Shown: piece after piece, positions 63,201 to 64,000 of the stretch
Layout: every line of letters begins with the position of its first letter
How positions within the stretch are numbered: the first letter of the stretch is position 1
Assembly (NCBI RefSeq): GCF_036971445.1
Contig: NC_091481.1
Location: 69,936,001 to 70,000,000 of the forward strand
Length of the DNA stretch: 64,000 nt
Origin: Narcine bancroftii
Lineage: Eukaryota
Direction: 5' to 3'
Program-made: the position numbers and the translations under genes
The notes under the pieces: model-generated
Database searches by the model: none
What the model was told of the DNA's origin: nothing
Seen by the model: only the letters and a program-made list of their open reading frames with translations

Positions 63201-64000
63201 CTGGAAATTGTAAGATAATTTGAAAATACAACAATGGTATATAGAAATGAATAAATGTATTCCATTAGAAAAAATAACATATAGTTTAAGAAATAATATT
63301 GAAATATTTGAACAAATATGGGAGCCTTACATGAAACACAATAGAGAAAACCTACCGGGGACATTCACTACCTAAGTTAACGAAAGGAGAAGGAAATGAA
63401 AAGTATTGACTCAGTGGAATTTCTTGTTTATTTTTATTGAATGACAACATTGTTTGACTGGTTTAATGTATCTTAGATTTTGTACTTTAAATGGATGGGG
63501 GGGAGGTAGGGAGGGTGGGATGGGGGGGGAGAAAATGACACTGTATATATTTGAAAAGTAAAATGTATGTATCATGGTCAATGTGGTTTATGGTGTGAAA
63601 AATAAAAAATTAAAAAAAAAATATTTATAGTCATATAGTTCAACATGACCATCTCATACTCTGTTTACATCTCATTTCTGCTTCCTCACCAACACCTTTC
63701 CCCTTTTCCCCATTTTGATTTCCCAGTTTTCCTTTTTTCAACGCACTGTATGACAACACTTCTAAAACATAAAATATTTCAACCATTCCCACATCTAAAA
63801 TTCCCTTAACCCCAAGTGTCCCCACCCCTCTCTGAGTCATCCCTTCTCCCTTGCCGGGCAACCATAACTCCCCTCTCCATTCGGTCTGAAAACCCGTTCG
63901 CAAGTGTCAACTGATTTCACAGTGATTGTTAATCTCTCCCACCTAACCCCCTCCAGAAAAGACTTTTATCTTTACATTACAACAAAGCTTCCCCTCTTTT
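60232..64000 (-). mobile_element. L1 endonuclease-to-RT fragment, broken off after FADD and interrupted by another L1; the 5' part continues beyond the right edge
   Basis: Motifs NINGIHN, GGDFN, SDHSP, PGEDG, YRPISLLN, LDAEKAFDRV, RQGCPLSP and LFADD. Confidence 0.9.
62314..63619 (+). mobile_element. 5'-truncated L1 nested in opposite orientation inside the host L1
   Basis: 18-bp TSD AATATTTATAGTCATATA (62296-62313 and 63620-63637); poly(A) tail. Confidence 0.92.

Overview
This is repeat-rich vertebrate genomic DNA. The repeat set (V-SINE-like, CR1, Rex1/Babar, RTE, L1, Penelope-like, hAT) suggests a cartilaginous fish, which is an inference. Two minus-strand protein-coding genes lie in the same order and orientation as mammalian HMOX1-MCM5. 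(1) MCM5: the first seven coding exons (ATG at 9092, gene continues off the left edge) and an E2F/CCAAT/ETS-CRE CpG promoter. (2) A heme oxygenase-1 locus (32649-17670) with an unexpected architecture: one first exon, two complete catalytic modules (exons 2a-3a-4a and 2b-3b-4b), and only one terminal exon encoding the membrane anchor. Exon 4a is shortened and ends at a phase-2 donor that matches the exon 2b acceptor. All eight exons therefore splice in frame into a 1560-nt CDS encoding a predicted 519-aa tandem two-domain heme oxygenase, with both heme-binding sites intact. This is the main candidate novelty. A cluster of four ARE/MARE sites about 16 kb upstream resembles the HMOX1 distal enhancer. 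The rest is transposon debris, including nested and rearranged insertions with readable TSDs, plus one assembly gap. All exon coordinates and mismatch counts were derived by hand.
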